The translations under genes and the position numbers were made by a program. Shown piece after piece: positions 25,615 through 26,757 of a stretch of 26,757 bases of DNA; positions within the stretch are counted from its first letter, which is position 1; each line of letters starts with the position of its first letter. Source of the DNA: a virus (lineage: Duplodnaviria; Caudoviricetes); the IMG/VR virus record IMGVR_UViG_3300008339_000407, positions 1-26,757 of that record. One strand, 5' to 3'. The notes under the pieces are model-generated. The model worked only from the letters and a program-made list of their open reading frames with translations, was not told where the DNA came from and made no database searches.

Positions 25615-26265
25615 CTATTTAACTAAAAGCCAACACTCAAAATTATAGAACTTCCAAAAAATTTGTTTCTGAGAAAAACCAGCCTTCTCAGCCAATTCCA
25701 TATTTTCCCTTGTAGTATTCAATCTCATCAATCTTCTCAAATCTTTTTCCTTATCCAAAATTTCTTTAGCACTAAAAGTCTTCAACTTGTAATCGTAATG
25801 AGAAAAATTCATTATCTCTTGGAACTTACCACTAGGACAAACAACTTTTTCAGCCCAAATAAAAACACCACCATCAATCAAAGAATCATAAATTCTTTTA
25901 ATTATCTCTTCACGCTTATCTCTATCGATGAACTGCAATGTAAAGATAGACATAATAACTGAACTTTTTGGATAATCTTTCATATTAGTCAAATCATAAT
26001 TATAGAACTCTGTTTCCTCTGTATCGTTCGGTAGAAGATTATCTGACTTATCTACACCTATTTTTCTACCATCATGCTTAATTGACTTTAATAATTCTCC
26101 AGTAGAACATCCTAAATCTAGCAATGCTGTATCTTTTACAAGAAAATAATCAACAATGTTTCTAATAGCATCAGCCAACAAATCATAGTTTGCTATCGAT
26201 TTAGCAATATGGTCATCAAAGTCTTGAATCGTATCAAATGAAAAATCTTGTTTACCAGAATTCAT
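25615..26265 (-). CDS. cmoA: CmoA-like carboxy-SAM synthase / class I SAM-dependent enzyme
   Basis: FSFD...FDDHIAKSIANY, LLDLGCSTG, IFTLQFI, GGVFIWAEK, FWKFYNF. Confidence 0.8.
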   Translation of the reverse strand: MNSGKQDFSFDTIQDFDDHIAKSIANYDLLADAIRNIVDYFLVKDTALLDLGCSTGELLKSIKHDGRKIGVDKSDNLLPNDTEETEFYNYDLTNMKDYPKSSVIMSIFTLQFIDRDKREEIIKRIYDSLIDGGVFIWAEKVVCPSGKFQEIMNFSHYDYKLKTFSAKEILDKEKDLRRLMRLNTTRENMELAEKAGFSQKQIFWKFYNFECWLLVK

Positions 26266-26757
26266 GCAATTTTCTCCCTATCGCTTCCACAACTGGAATA
26301 GTTATAGTTCTACCACATCGTTCATATCTTTCAGAATCTGACACTTTAGTTCCATCAGAATAAAATTCTGTCCACCCATCAGGTAAACCTTGTAATCTTT
26401 CACATTCAAGTGGCGTTAGTTTTCTTATGCTTGTTTCAAATTCTGTATCAATCTGAACACCATGTCTATCCTGTGCTGTGATTGTGTAACTAGGTTCATT
26501 ATGTTCTTTAATCATTCTTCCGTTAGGTGATTTATTTATTCTTTGAACATCCATAACTGGTTTAACAGATTTAACTGCACCACGACCTTGATTGTTCCCA
26601 ATCCCTTTCCAATAATGACCATCCAATGTTGGAAAAACATCAATCTCTTTTGGTTTACGACCTGTAACAAATGGAACATTATGTCCACCTGTTCCCATGT
26701 TCGCTGTTAAAGTGGGAACTCCATTTGATTTGTAATCTCTGAAATATCCTCGTCTCC
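26252..26757 (-). CDS. DNA (cytosine-C5) methyltransferase-family protein, C-terminal part (starts beyond the window)
   Basis: Frame is open to the window edge; motif IX IRKLTPLECERLQG and a variant motif X RYERCGRTITIPVV. Confidence 0.85.
   Translation of the reverse strand, partial: RRGYFRDYKSNGVPTLTANMGTGGHNVPFVTGRKPKEIDVFPTLDGHYWKGIGNNQGRGAVKSVKPVMDVQRINKSPNGRMIKEHNEPSYTITAQDRHGVQIDTEFETSIRKLTPLECERLQGLPDGWTEFYSDGTKVSDSERYERCGRTITIPVVEAIGRKLHEFW

Noticed and set aside
2462-25962. Plus-strand ORFs in the track (e.g. 2462..2710, 9215..9523, 15440..15817, 25663..25962)
   Set aside because: They lie antisense to convincing minus-strand genes and show no recognisable motifs.
1-26757. Stop-codon reassignment
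   Set aside because: Genes pack tightly under the standard code and TAA, TAG and TGA all end genes.

Overview
A fragment of a long-tailed (siphovirus-type) phage genome, AT-rich, with almost every gene on the minus strand. WhiB genes, leaderless starts and an actinobacterial-type transglycosylase point to an actinobacterial host (inference). Reading right to left: a C5 cytosine transferase with a CmoA-like gene; small early genes behind near-consensus sigma-A promoters; transglycosylase, two WhiB-like genes and SSB; portal and MuF; a ~7 kb block of multi-domain cargo proteins; XkdF-type prohead protease, scaffold, cement, major capsid and head-tail genes; a Com-like zinc finger and nucleotide-metabolism insert; two tail-tube paralogues; a frameshifted tail chaperone; and the start of the tape measure. 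The most striking signal is a His-rich peptide, K-H-x-x-H-D-Q-x-[ST]-H-G-[SN]-W-A. It occurs 7 times in 4 adjacent head-module genes, each time in front of a different domain (zincin, ADP-ribosyltransferase, ParB-like, GNAT-like, RelA/SpoT-like, unknown). This suggests a tag-and-cleave system for loading effectors into the capsid. Other notable items are a probable cytosine carboxymethylation pair, a dispersed operator-like motif, a candidate anti-Shine-Dalgarno small RNA and structured leaders on late genes. All family calls come from motifs read by eye, not from database searches.
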